A stretch of DNA of 64,000 nt from Eledone cirrhosa (taxonomy: Eukaryota): contig OZ024751.1 of assembly GCA_964016885.1 (NCBI GenBank), positions 14,384,001 through 14,448,000 of the forward strand, in the 5' to 3' direction. The translations under genes were made by a program, and so were the position numbers. The notes beneath the pieces are model-generated. The model saw only the letters and a program-made list of their open reading frames with translations. It ran no database searches and was not told the DNA's origin. Shown piece by piece: positions 1-14,400 of this stretch (positions are counted from its first letter, which is position 1; each line of letters begins with the position of its first letter).

Positions 1-159
1 AATCACAGTGGAGTCCTAGTTACATTATGCCAGAATAAAAAATTTAAATACAAACAAGATGGTTACAGCTGGCATGGCTTTTGATCATAGGCGTGTTCGA
101 AAAGGGCTGGCCTGTGGTTAAACAACAACAACACATCAGCCATCATAGCATATATAACT

Positions 160-310
160 GCAAGGGAACATCTAGAAATAGCAGCTAAATCTACCTCAAA
201 TTACATCCCAATGTCTGGAATAAGAAAAGAGATGTGCATTAGATAAGGTAGTCCTAGAGAGATTAAGTCTGAAAATATGACCAGATAGTCATGGTTGGAA
301 AGTCTTTAGA
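160..310 (+). repeat. Unclassified dispersed repeat
   Basis: CAAGGGAAC..CTAGAAATAGCAGCTAAATCT.CCTCAAAT also occurs at 9813-9960 and, inverted, at 50350-50400. Confidence 0.5.
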
Positions 311-667
311 CTAACAGAATCATAACAGAGTGTGTGTGGGTTCACAAAAGAAGGGGGAGTTGTATATGAATGAAGGTCAGATTTAAGAGAGGTGGAAAGA
401 TAGTGAAAGATAGTGAGAGAGAGAGAGAGAGAGGGGGAGAGAGAGAGGGGGAGAGAGAGAGAGAGGGGTAGAGAGAGAGAGGGGTGGAAAGATAGTGAGA
501 GAGAGAAAGGGGAAGAAACGAGAGAAGGGAAAGTATGAGGAAGAGGAGGAAATATGATGATTGTATAAGAAGTGTAGAAGGGAGAGAGAGAGAGAGAAAT
601 AGTGAGAGAGTGAGTAGATAGATAGAAAAGAGAGAGTACAAATGAATGAAGGGAGGGGAAATAAAAA

Positions 668-918
668 ATAATGGTTTCTACTTTTTGGCACAAGGCCAGC
701 AATTACCTCAGTGCATTACTGGTACTTCTTTATTTTATCAACCCCGTAAGGATGAAAGGCAAAGTTAACCTAGAAAATAATGGTTTCTGAATTAGGCACA
801 CGGCCAGCAATTTTAGGGGAGGGTAAAGTCGATTAAATCGATCCTCAGTGCGTGACTGGTACTTAATTTTATTGACTCTCGTAAAGATGAAAGGCAAAGC
901 AAACCTTGGTGGGATTTA
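668..918 (-). mobile_element. Two tandem 3' fragments of SINE family A
   Basis: GGCACAAGGCCAGCAATT..CTGGTACT..GATGAAAGGCAAAG occurs twice. Confidence 0.75.
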
Positions 919-1087
919 TAGAAAATAAAGGACTATATAAAGCTGCAATTATATATATATCATTGTTAAACTAATATCTAATATATATATATGTATATAT
1001 GTATGTATGTGTGTGTGTGTGTGTGTGTAAGTTGATTTACACACATGCTCCAGCATGAATTTGGCCGTAAGGAAAAACACAAACTAA

Positions 1088-1183
1088 AGGTGTCCCAAGA
1101 AATGTATACACACTTCAACAGCATTTTAATAGATTTGTGTATACATTTTTTTTGTGTGTGTGTGGGGGGGGGGGGACACCCTG
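1088..1183. mobile_element. Mariner-like mini-MITE
   Basis: GGTGTCCC..AATGTATACAC..GTGTATACATT..GGACACCCTG. Confidence 0.6.
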
Positions 1184-1191
1184 TGTGTTTG

Positions 1192-1222
<31 letters not shown>

Positions 1223-1261
1223 GCAGAGGTTATATTTATATATATATATACATACACACAG

Positions 1262-1475
1262 GATTTTTAACAAGAGCAAAAATTTTGTGAGGGGAAAGTG
1301 AATTATATCTACCCTCAGTACTTGGCAGACACTATATTTTATCGGTATATCCACCATCACCCGGGGGGGGGGGGGGGGGGGATGAAAGGCAAAGTTGACC
1401 TGGGTGAAATTTGATCTCAGAATGTAAAAACCTGTAACTAAATACTGCAAGCTATTTTGTCCGACGCTCAAATGG
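1262..1475 (-). mobile_element. SINE family A, diverged
   Basis: GATGAAAGGCAAAGTTGACC..ATTTGATCTCAGAA.. Confidence 0.65.
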
Positions 1476-1534
<59 letters not shown>

Positions 1535-2249
1535 CATATGCATGTGTGTACATACACATTATGTGTGTGTGTGTATATATACATATATATATGCATGTGT
1601 GTACATACACATTATGTATGTGTGTGTGTATATATACACATATATATATATATATATATGCATGTGTGTGTGTATATATACATATATATATATATATACA
1701 CCGTGTATGTATGTACATACACATACACATATATATATATATATACATATGTGTGTGTGTGTACAAACACATATGTATATTGTGTGTATATATATATATG
1801 TATACATATATATATTAACACGTGTGTGCGAGTTTATCAGAATAGATATATACTGTATGAATTTGTGAGGTGAGATGAGAAAATTATCATGATTTATCCG
1901 GACTTGTGTCCTGGTGAAGCAGGCCAGAGGGTACAACAGCCGGAAGACTGTGATTAGAACAACAAAGGCCGGCCATACTAGGCAGAATAAATCAGTTTAT
2001 AATAATAATGATGATGATGATGATACACAGATACATGTGTACGTTAGTGTGTGTGTGAGAGAGAGCGGGAGAGACAGGGAGGAAAAAAGAGATAGACGGA
2101 GAAAGACAGGGAAGAAGAGATAGACGGAGAAAGACAGGGAAGAAGAGAGAGGCGGAATGAGAAAGAGAGAGAGACAGGGAAGGAGAGAGAGAGACAGGGA
2201 AGGAGAAATAGATGGGGAAGAGAGAGAAAAAGAAGGGGTAGAGATGAGG

Positions 2250-2760
2250 GAAGATAGAGACAGGGAGTGAGGCGGGAAGATAGAGACAGGGAGTGAGGCA
2301 GAAAGATAGAGACAGGGAGTGAGGCGGGAAGATAGAGACAGAGAGTGAGGCAGAAAGATAGAGACAGAGAGTGAGGCAGAAAGATAGAGACAGAGAGTGA
2401 GGCAGAAAGATAGAGACAGAGAGTGAGGCAGAAAGATAGAGACAGAGAGTGAGGCAGAAAGATAGAGACAGAGAGTGAGGCAGAAAGATAGAGACAGAGA
2501 GTGAGGCAGAAAGATAGAGACAGAGAGTGAGGCAGAAAGATAGAGACAGAGAGTGAGGCAGAAAGATAGAGACAGAGAGTGAGGCAGAAAGATAGAGACA
2601 GAGAGTGAGGCAGAAAGATAGAGACAGGGAGTGAGGCAGAAAGATAGAGACAGAGAGTGAGGCAGAAAGATAGAGACAGGGAGTGAGGCAGAAAAATAGA
2701 GACAGGGAGTGAGGCAGAAAGATAGAGACAGGGAGTGAGGCAGAAAGATAGAGACAGAGG
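2250..2760. repeat. 24 bp purine-rich minisatellite
   Basis: (GAGTGAGGCAGAAAGATAGAGACA)n. Confidence 0.95.
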
Positions 2761-3135
2761 AGGAGAGATACAGAGAGAGAGCGATAGAGACAGAGGAGGA
2801 GAGATACAGAGAGAGAGCGATAGAGACATGTGCATGAGAAAAGAACTATGATTCGATAGTGTGTGTATATATAAAGATAAATATGTGTGTATGTGTATAT
2901 ATATATATATATATATATCGATAAATATATGTGTGTGTATGTATATATATAGAGAAAGAGACATATATATATATATATATATATATATCGATAAATGTGT
3001 GTATATGTGTAAATATATATATATATATATATAGACATATATATCGATATATATGTGTGTGAGGCAGTGACAGTACTATTATTGTGGTGATGGTAGTGTT
3101 GATGATTGTTATTGTGGTAGTGGTAATGAAGATGA

Positions 3136-3370
3136 TGGAAGTACAGTGATAATGGTGTAAGTGTGTGTGTGTGTGTGGAAGTACAGTGATAATGGTGTAA
3201 GTGTGTGTGTGTGTGTGTGGAAGTACAGTGATAATGGTGTAAGTGTGTGGAAGTACAGTGATAATGGTGTAAGTGTGTGTGTGTGTGTGTGGAAGTACAG
3301 TGATAATGGTGTAAGTGTGTGTGTGTGTGTGGAAGTACAGTGATAATGGTGTAAGTGTGTGTGTGTGTGT
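3136..3370. repeat. Compound minisatellite GGAAGTACAGTGATAATGGTGTAA(GT)n
   Basis: Six units. Confidence 0.9.
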
Positions 3371-5559
3371 TGAAGTAAGCTAAAGGTGAAGAAAGTAGAA
3401 TTGAAGGAAGACAGCAGGAAAAGTGTTTAAAATGGCTGAAAAAGCAGGTTTGCAAGGAGGAAATGAAAAGAGAGAGAGAAGTAGTAAGGTATTTGAGTCA
3501 ACCAATGAAATACTGACATTTCATATTTACACAATTTCATTGGTTGATATGTCTCCTCTGATTCTGCTGGTGGCGGTGGTATTGAGCGAGAGGTGGTGGT
3601 GATGTTATTAATGGTGGTGGTGGTGGTGTTGCTGGTTATAATAGTTGGTGATGGTGGTGGTGGTGTTGTTGTTGAGAGGGTGGTGGCGGTGGTGGCTGCT
3701 GCTGCTGCTTTTGCAGCTGCTGGTAAAATGATGGTGGAGGTGGTGACTGCGGTGTTGAGAGAATGGTGATGATGTAGTTGTTGTTGGCAGTGGGGGTGCT
3801 TGTGGCGTTGAAAGAGAGTGGTGATGTTGATGTTGTTGGTAGTGATGATGTTTATAATAGTCGAAATGGTGGTGGTGGTGCAGGTGGTGGCGGGTATCTC
3901 GTTGGCACTTTGTCTCTGAATGTGCGTGCGTGTGTGTGTGTATATATACGTATTTGTGTGTGACCACATCCGTCACAAAGCACACGCTTGTATTAGATAC
4001 ACCCATACATACACACACTACACAATAGTGAACACACAAACATATATATATATATATATAATATATATAATATATATATATAATATATATAATATATATA
4101 TATACGTACTGAGATGTACTATATATTGACACACACACGTACACATACAATGGAATACATACACACACACAGATAAAGAGAAAGCATAAATTGCCTAACA
4201 CACAGACACGTACATATATACAGACAGAAACATACAGACAATGAAAAGGGCAGGAATGACTGACACACACACATACATACACAGACAGATGTTTGAGGAA
4301 ATTGATACAGGGATGCATACACAATTAGAGATAAAGAAAGGGTGAAAGAGAAAGAAACAATGAGAGAAAGAGAGATAGACAAACTTATAGAGAGTCAGAA
4401 AGAGAGAGAGAGAAATAATAGGACAAAGAGAGACAGAGAGAGTGAGGGAGTGAGCTAACTGAAAGAGGAAACGAGAGAGACGGAGAGAGTGAGGGTGTGA
4501 GCTAACTGAAAGAGGGAACGAGAGAGACGGAGAGAGGGAGGGAGTTAGCTAGCTGAAAGAGGGAAAGAGAGAGACAATAGAGATGAAGAGAGGGAACGAG
4601 GGGAGGTACGTGTATTGTATATGACACAGGCTGATACACGCTATATACACTTACATACACTCACACATATACATACACTTATCCCCAAACACACACAACT
4701 ATCATATATATAGATTGATATATATATATACACAGGTATATATATACACATATATGTATATGTCTGTATGTATGTATACGTCTGTATAAATATATGTATG
4801 TAGGTATGTGTGTATATATATATACACACACACACACACATTTAATCACCACCATACATAATTACACAGCTAATACAATGAAACTCAGAAAGTACACATA
4901 CACACGCAGGGTGTGTGGGGGAAGGGAAAATATACACAACGAAATGTGCCTATATATATATATATATATGTGAGTGTGTGTGTGTGTGTGTGTTTATATA
5001 ATACAAAAATACACAAACATATATATACTTGAACATACATTCATATAAAGATAAAACGAGAAAGACAATAAAAGGTTGAGAAAGAGCAGATATATACACA
5101 TACATACATAATTAAATACACTCAAAAATGCCTTAATGCCTATAAAGCTACACAACACATACAATTATATACACACACGTACACAATTATACATATACAC
5201 ACACTATTACACACGCATACTCACAATTATGCACTCACACAGAACTACATAGACATACAATTACACACACATACAAACACACAATTACACACACAGAACT
5301 ACATACACACAATTACACACACACAGAACTACATACACACAATTACACACACACAAATTACATACAAATACGCATACACACACAATTACATACACCCCTA
5401 TTAGACACTCATATATAACAACACACAAGTAGATTTACACACAAACAATTATACACACACAATTACACACACACAAATATATATATATATACATGCATTA
5501 TAAATATGAATATATATCTCACAATTATACACCCACTAAAACAAATACACACCCATGTA

Positions 5560-6850
5560 CACACACATTTCCCTAACAGGTACACACTAAAATAGATACA
5601 CACACACACACACACACGTGTGTACACATTTCTCTAACAGTTATACACCCTCTGAAATAAATATACACACACACATGTACACATTTCTCACTAACAGTTA
5701 TACACCCACTGAAATAAACACATGTCTACCTAACAGTTACACACACACACACTTCTCACTAACAGTTACACACTCATTGAAATATAAACACACACACACA
5801 TTTCATTAACAGTTATACACACACTGAAATATATACATACACATTTCTCACTCTCACTTATACACCCACTGAAAAATATATACATATATATGTACACATT
5901 TCTCACTAACAGTTATACACTCTTTAAAATATATACACAGACATGTACATATTTCTCACTAACTGTTATACACTCTTTAAAATATATACACAGACATGTA
6001 CATATTTCTCTAACTGTTATACACCCTTTAAAATATATACACAGACATGTACATTTCTCACCATAACTGTTACCCTTCCTCTGAAAAATATAAACACACA
6101 TGAATACATTTCTCACTAGAATAAAAACTGTTATACACCCTCTGAAATATATACACACACACATGTATACATTTCTCACTATAATAAAGACTGTTATACA
6201 CCCTTTGAAATATATACACACACACATGAATACATTTCTCACTATCATAAAGACTGTTATACACCCTCTGAAATATATACACACACACATGAATACATTT
6301 CTCACTGTAATAAAGACTGTTATATACCCTCTGAAATATATACACACACACATGAATACATTTCTCACTATCATAAAGACTGTTATACACCCTCTGAAAT
6401 ATATACACACACACACACACACATGAATACATTTCTCACTATAATAAAGACTGTTATACACCCTCTGAAATATATACACACACACATGTATACATTTTTC
6501 ACTATAATAAAGACTGTTATACACCCTCTGAAATATATACACACACACACATGAATACATTTCTCACTATCATAAAGACTGTTATACACCCTCTGAAATA
6601 TATACACACACATGTATACATTTCTCACTATAATAAAGACTGTTATACACCCTCTGAAATATATATACACACACATGAATACATTTCTCTATCATAAAGA
6701 CTGTTATACACCCTCTGAAATATATACACACACATGTATACATTTCTCACTATAATAAAGACAGTTCTACCCTCTGAAATATATATACACACATGTATAC
6801 ATTTCACACTTTAACTGTTATACACCCTCTAAAATATATACACATACATG
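5560..6850. repeat. ~60 bp tandem array
   Basis: TACATTTCTCACTATAATAAAGACTGTTATACACCCTCTGAAATATATA(CA)nTG; more diverged towards the left end. Confidence 0.9.
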
Positions 6851-7044
6851 TAGAAGTAGAGGTAATGTGAAAAACAGCTATTATACACTCAGATCCATAC
6901 ATGCATACAGAACATATACACATACGTATACTCATTATTTACAACAAAATATACACACAGACACACAAACACACATACATACATATACAGATATATATAT
7001 ACACACATTATATATATATATATATATATACATATATACCTTTC

Positions 7045-7188
<144 letters not shown>

Positions 7189-7244
7189 ATATATTTGTGA
7201 TATATAGTTATAGACACTCGTATTAGGCACACTCACAGGACAAT

Positions 7245-7326
<82 letters not shown>

Positions 7327-7424
7327 TAGAAGGGGTATTTAATTTGGAAATCCGACAAATATAAATGTTTATAACTGATTTAGAGCACTCAACAGTCATA
7401 CCAAAGTTTTTTGGTACCCTTGAA

Positions 7425-7472
<48 letters not shown>

Positions 7473-7510
7473 ATATATTAATAAATGGAAACTATTTATA
7501 AAACCATTAT

Positions 7511-7572
7511 TATTTTATATATATTTCAAGGGCAACCAAGGCAATCTTGGTGCGCTTTCATCAGATAAAATA
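7511..7572 (-). ncRNA. Hammerhead ribozyme-like motif, family A (degenerate stem III/I junction)
   Basis: Minus strand: TATTTTAT-CTGATGA-AAGCGCACCAAG attgc CTTGGTTGCCCTT-GAA-ATATAT..ATAAAATA. Homologous to the copies at 20374, 41301 and 49082. Confidence 0.6.
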
Positions 7573-7713
7573 CAAAATTTGTTTTATAAATAGTGATATA
7601 ACCATGGAAAACAACCTTGACGGTTGGAAATTCGCTGGATAGTATATATATATATGTATATATATCACATATATATATAAATGAAAGGTATAGAAAATAT
7701 TGTAGCAAAAAGC

Positions 7714-7780
<67 letters not shown>

Positions 7781-7973
7781 AGAATGATATACATTGTTTG
7801 TATATCACCAGGTCAGAATAGCAAAAATACCACACACACACAGTTAGCACAAATTCAGACTAACTCACGATTTATTTGCAACAAATACAAACATGTATTT
7901 ATTTATGTATGTATATATATATATATATACACACACCACACACACATACATGTCCAGAGAGAATATGGTGCTT

Positions 7974-8010
<37 letters not shown>

Positions 8011-8279
8011 ACACACACACACGTGTGTTTGTTAGTACACACACACACTCACGAGTGAGTGAGCTGAGACAGAAATGTGAACTAGTTAGAGAGGGAACAC
8101 ACACACACACACACACAAATATATATATATATGCATACATACATGTGTATACACACACACATACATATATATATATATATGCATACATACATGTGTATAC
8201 TCACACACATACATATATATATATATATGCATACATACATGTGTATACTCACACACATTATATATATATATATATATAA

Positions 8280-8355
8280 AGTGTGTCCCCCAAAATGTAT
8301 ACACACTTTCATTAGAATGCTATTGAAATGTGTATACATTTTTAGGAACACCCTG
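8280..8355. mobile_element. Mariner-like mini-MITE
   Basis: GTGTCCCC..AAAATGTATACAC..TGTATACATTTT..ACACCCTG palindrome. Confidence 0.6.
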
Positions 8356-8365
8356 TTTCACATCA

Positions 8366-8418
<53 letters not shown>

Positions 8419-8426
8419 CATATATA

Positions 8427-8469
<43 letters not shown>

Positions 8470-9029
8470 AAGACAGTAAGAGTGAAAGACAGAGATAAAG
8501 ATATATTTTAGCTAAATGCCCTCTACTTTATATATACACACTCTCCATTAGCCAGAGACGCTAACTACATTCCTTATACACACACATATACATACATACA
8601 CTACATACACATTTGGTACACATGTTACCTATATGTCTTACACATAAATACCTTACATATACACACATATATGTGTGTCTGCTGATTATCTGAGTATGTG
8701 TATTCATATATATATATATATGTATATACATATATATGTATACACATATATATATGTATACACATACATACTTATATACATATATATATATACATATATA
8801 TGTATACACATATATATATGTATACACATACTATATATGTATACACATACTATATATGTGTGTGTGTAAATATATATACACACACACATACTCAGATAAT
8901 CAGCAGACACTTAGACACAAGATAAGTACCACTTCCTCTCGTTTATACATACATATAAACATGCACACATACACATATACACACGAAATTTGTTTCTCAT
9001 ACATGCACACACGCACACATTCTACCTCT

Positions 9030-9420
9030 ACTCTATCTCTGAGGCATACACACACACACCATGAGGCATACACACACACACCATGAGGTACACACACACA
9101 TTAACACTGAGGTATATATATATACACACATACACACTATCTCTGAGCTATACACACACACACACACACACTATCTCTGAGCTATACACACACTATATCT
9201 GAGCTATACACACACACACACACACACTATCTCTGAGCTATACACACACACACACACACACACACACAAGCACTATCTCTGAGATCTACACACATTCACT
9301 ATCTCTGAGCCATACACATACAGACATGCACTATCTCTGAGGTATACATACACACACACACTATCTCTGAGGTACACACACACATGCACTATCTTTGAGG
9401 TTTACACACACACACACACA
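9030..9420. repeat. Compound repeat ACTATCTCTGAG..(CA)n
   Basis: About 10 units. Confidence 0.85.
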
Positions 9421-9762
9421 CAATAGCCGATACAATTACACATTAAACAGATGAACTGGAAGATGGCGGCCACATGCCCGTTACAAACACACGTACATAC
9501 ACATGTACATACACATATACACACACATGGACATAACAGTCGCCACATGCGTCTTACAGACACACACACATACACATACGTTTATAATGACACAAGCTAC
9601 ATGCTTTTTGCACACACACACACAAAGATAGAAGCCATATAAATCTTACACAATAGACACACAATACATACATACATAGAACCCAATACATAAACACATA
9701 CAAAGGCAATAACCACATGACATACACATACACTACACACAAAGACATTAGACACCACGTTT

Positions 9763-9799
<37 letters not shown>

Positions 9800-10007
9800 A
9801 AAGGCAGACCAGCAAGGGAACCACTGCCTGGTGATTCAGGTTGCTAGAAATAGCAGTTAAAACTCCCTCAAATCTTATCCTATCCTACCGTCTTAAAAAG
9901 AAAAGATCATTTTGTATAATGTATCTGAAGAAAAGTGGAGATGGCATGGCTGGAATGATTAGATGATAGCTTTACTAGAGCAGGCCTGGGCCGAGGAAAG
10001 CTTTATA

Positions 10008-10148
10008 CAGGTAAAATTCCGTTATAACGAGTACCAGTATAACGAAACCTTTTCAATCCCCGGCCACACGCTCAATGTGTTAGGTCTAACTCGTTATAAA
10101 GAATTTTTGATTACAACGAATTTTTTTCGTTATACCGGAATTTTACTA
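10008..10148. mobile_element. pogo/Tigger-like MITE
   Basis: TIRs GTAAAATTCCGTTATAACGA / TCGTTATACCGGAATTTTAC with TA flanks. Confidence 0.7.
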
Positions 10149-10209
10149 TAACAACATTTTTGTTATACACCCACTTAAAGATACTATCCTCGAGTCTGTT
10201 ATAGTCTAC

Positions 10210-10261
<52 letters not shown>

Positions 10262-10821
10262 TGTCATTGACGTTTTACATACGTTTTTTTGTTTTTTTTC
10301 ATGCTTGCAAGAGTTGGTCTAGTGTTGTATTTATACACTAGATTTGTGTTTGTTATACACACACAATACATAACACAGACTGTATGTATGTGTAATGTGT
10401 ATATGTGTGTGTTGACAAGACGTGTGAGAAATGACCTGAAAAGCTGAGTACTTAAGTAGAAGCTATATATTATTACACTATATATATATGGGTGTGAGTG
10501 TATATACATACATATTACAGTAATATATACACATATTCTCAACTAACATGACATTGATCTAACAGAAGATTTATTAGGTTCAATACACACCCACACACAT
10601 CTCTCTCTCTCTCACACGCTCACCCCCCCCCCCCCCTCCTTTCACACTCCAGCTCTGCTTTCCTTCTTAATGATAGCTTTGCTGTGATAGAAAAAGTAAC
10701 CTAACTGAGGTCCTATGTATAGACTTAAAAGTATATATACTCACAAAGCACTATACACACATATAGATCTATATACGTCAATAGGTCTTCTCTCTATATA
10801 TTCACATAGAAGTGTGTGTAT

Positions 10822-11121
10822 GGAGGCACATGGCTTAGTGGTTAGAGCATTGGCCTTGCAATCGAAAGGTTGTTAGTTCAATTCTCAGACCGGGTGATGT
10901 GTTGTTTCCTTGAGCAAGACACTTTATTTCACATTGCTCCAGTTTACTCAGCTGTAGAAGTGGACGTGTAGGCGCCACGGCAAAAAAGCACCCAGCCCAC
11001 ACTGTAAATGAGGTTAGTGTTAGGAAGGGCATTCAGCTGTAGAAATCAAGCCAGAATCAGTTCCCGTCCCATCCTTGCAAGCAGAGAAAAGCAGACGTAA
11101 AAATGATGATGATGATGATGA
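10822..11121 (+). mobile_element. tRNA-derived SINE family B (CORE-like body, RTE-type tail)
   Basis: A-box TGGCTTAGTGG, B-box GTTCAATTC, CORE-like CCTTGAGCAAGACACTT, and (ATG)n tail. Six similar copies in the window. Confidence 0.85.
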
Positions 11122-11451
11122 TATATAAAACGGAGAAAATAGTCCAGAAATAGCCGTCGAAACGGCTTGAGCTCTGCCGACGGGGTTAAACTTTTTCCTA
11201 TATATATATATTAGAATTACCTAACACATATTTATATGTTATATATGTATATATATTGATACCACATAAATGATGTGTATCTGTGTATATATATATCTAT
11301 ATATGTACACACACCAGTGTATATACTTAACTCTTGCAATGATTTAGCAGAAAATAGTGCTCTGTTAATCCAAATGTTTACAGCATCATGAGATATAGCT
11401 GATCATAAAGTGGGCCACATGAGATATAGCTGATCATAAAGTGGGCCACAT

Positions 11452-14400
11452 GTGATAGCTGTACCAACCCTTGGCCCAGGTCAGCTACTGTACTGACCAT
11501 AGACAACTGTACCAACCCTTGACCCAGGTCAGCTACTGTACTGACCATAGATAGCTGTACCAACCCTTGGCCCATGTCAGTTACTGTACTGACCATAGAC
11601 AGCTGTACCAACCCTTGGCCCATGTCAACTACTGTACTGACCATAGACAACTGTACCAACCCTTGGCCCATGTCAGTTACTGTACTGACCATAGACAGCT
11701 GTACCAACCCTTGGCCCATGTCAGCTACTGTACTGACCATAGACAACTGTACCAACCCTTGGCCCATGTCACCTACTGTACTGACCATAGACAACTGTAC
11801 CAACCCTTGGCCCATGTCAGCTACTGTACTGACCATAGACAACTGTACCAACCCTTGGCCCATGTCAGCTACTGTACTGACCATAGACAACTGTACCAAC
11901 CCTTGGCCCATGTCAGCTACTGTACTGACCATAGACAACTGTACCAACCCTTGGCCCATGTCAGCTACTGTACTGACCATAGATAGCTGTACCAACCCTT
12001 GGCCCATGTCAGTTACTGTACTGACCATAGACAACTGTACCAACCCTTGGCCCATGTCAGCTACTGTACTGACCATAGACAACTGTACCAACCCTTGGCC
12101 CATGTCAGCTACTGTACTGACCATAGATAGCTGTACCAACCCTTGGCCCATGTCAGTTACTGTACTGACCATAGACAACTGTACCAACCCTTGGCCCATG
12201 TCAGCTACTGTACTGACCATAGACAACTGTACCAACCCTTGGCCCATGTCAGCTACTGTACTGACCATAGACAACTGTACCAACCCTTGGCCCATGTCAG
12301 CTACTGTACTGACCATAGATAGCTGTACCAACCCTTGGCCCATGTCAGCTACTGTACTGACCATAGACAACTGTACCAACCCTTGGCCCATGTCAGTTAC
12401 TGTACTGACCATAGACAACTGTACCAACCCTTGGCCCATGTCAGTTACTGTACTGACCATAGACAACTGTACCAACCCTTGGCCCATGTCAGTTACTGTA
12501 CTGACCATAGACAACTGTACCAACCCTTGGCCCATGTCAGTTACTGTACCAACCCTTGGCCTATGTGAGTTACTGTACTGACCATAAACAACTGTACCAA
12601 CCCTTGGCCCATGTCAGTTACTGTACTGACCATAGATAGCTGTACCAACCGTTGGCCCAGGTCAGCTACTGTACTGACAATAGACAACTGTACCAACCCT
12701 TGGCCCATGTCAGTTACTGTACCAACCCTTGGCCTATGTGAGTTACTGTACTGACCATAGACAACTGTACCAACCCTTGGCCCATGTCAGTTACTGTACC
12801 AACCCTTGGCCTATGTGAGTTACTGTACTGACCATAGACAACTGTACCAACCCTTGGCCCATGTCAGTTACTGTACTGACCATAGACAACTGTACCAACC
12901 CTTGGCCCATGTCAGTTACTGTACTGACCATAAACAACTGTACCAACCCTTGGCCTATGTGAGTTACTGTACTGACCATAGATAGCTGTACCAACCGTTG
13001 GCCCAGGTCAGCTACTGTACTGACCATAGACAACTGTACCAACCCTTGGCCCATGTCAGTTACTGTACCAACCCTTGGCCTATGTGAGTTACTGTACTGA
13101 CCATAGACAACTGTACCAACCCTTGGCCCATGTCAGTTACTGTACTGACCATAGACAACTGTACCAACCCTTGGCCCATGTCAGTTACTGTACTGACCAT
13201 AAACAACTGTACCAACCCTTGGCCTATGTGAGTTACTGTACTGACCATAGATAGCTGTACCAACCGTTGGCCCAGGTCAGCTACTGTACTGACCATAGAC
13301 AACTGTACCAACCCTTGGCCCATGTCAGTTACTGTACCAACCCTTGGCCTATGTGAGTTACTGTACTGACCATAGACAACTGTACCAACCCTTGGCCCAT
13401 GTCAGTTACTGTACTGACCATAGACAACTGTACCAACCCTTGGCCCATGTCAGTTACTGTACTGACCATAAACAACTGTACCAACCCTTGGCCTATGTGA
13501 GTTACTGTACTGACCATAGATAGCTGTACCAACCCTTGGCCCATGTCAGCTACTGTACTGACCATAGACAACTGTACCAACCCTTGGCCCATGTCAGTTA
13601 CTGTACTGACCATAAACAACTGTACCAACCCTTGGCCTATGTGAGTTACTGTACTGACCATAGACAACTGTACCAACCCTTGGCCCATGTCAGTTACTGT
13701 ACTGACCATAGATAGCTGTACCAACCGTTGGCCCAGGTCAGCTACTGTACTGACCATAGACAACTGTACCAACCCTTGGCCCATGTCAGTTACTGTACCA
13801 ACCCTTGGCCCAGGTCAGCTACTGTACTGACCATAGACAACTGTACCAACCCTTGGCCCATGTCAGTTACTGTACTGACCATAGACAACTGTACCAACCC
13901 TTGGCCTATGTGAGTTACTGTACTGACCATAGACAACTGTACCAACCCTTGGCCCATGTGAGTTACTGTACTGACCATAGACAACTGTACCAACCCATGG
14001 CCCATGTCAGTTACTGTACTGACCATAAACAACTGTACCAACCCTTGGCCCATGCCAGTTACTGTACTGACCATAAACAACTGTACCAACCCTTGGCCCA
14101 TGTCAGTTACTGTACTGACCATAAACAACTGTACCAACCCTTGGCCCATGTCAGTTACTGTACTGACCATAGATAGCTGTACCAACCGTTGGCCCAGGTC
14201 AGCTACTGTACTGACCATAGACAACTGTACCAACCCTTGGCCCATGTCAGTTACTGTACCAACCCTTGGCCCAGGTCAGCTACTGTACTGACCATAGACA
14301 ACTGTACCAACCCTTGGCCCATGTCAGTTACTGTACTGACCATAGACAACTGTACCAACCCTTGGCCTATGTGAGTTACTGTACTGACCATAGACAACTG

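Noticed and set aside
9460-9471. AAGATGGCGGC YY1-like motif / start context
   Set aside because: Isolated within (CA)n sequence with no supporting exon or CpG-rich context.
10822-10895. tRNA gene
   Set aside because: A and B boxes are present but continue into a SINE body repeated many times. This is a SINE head, not a tRNA.
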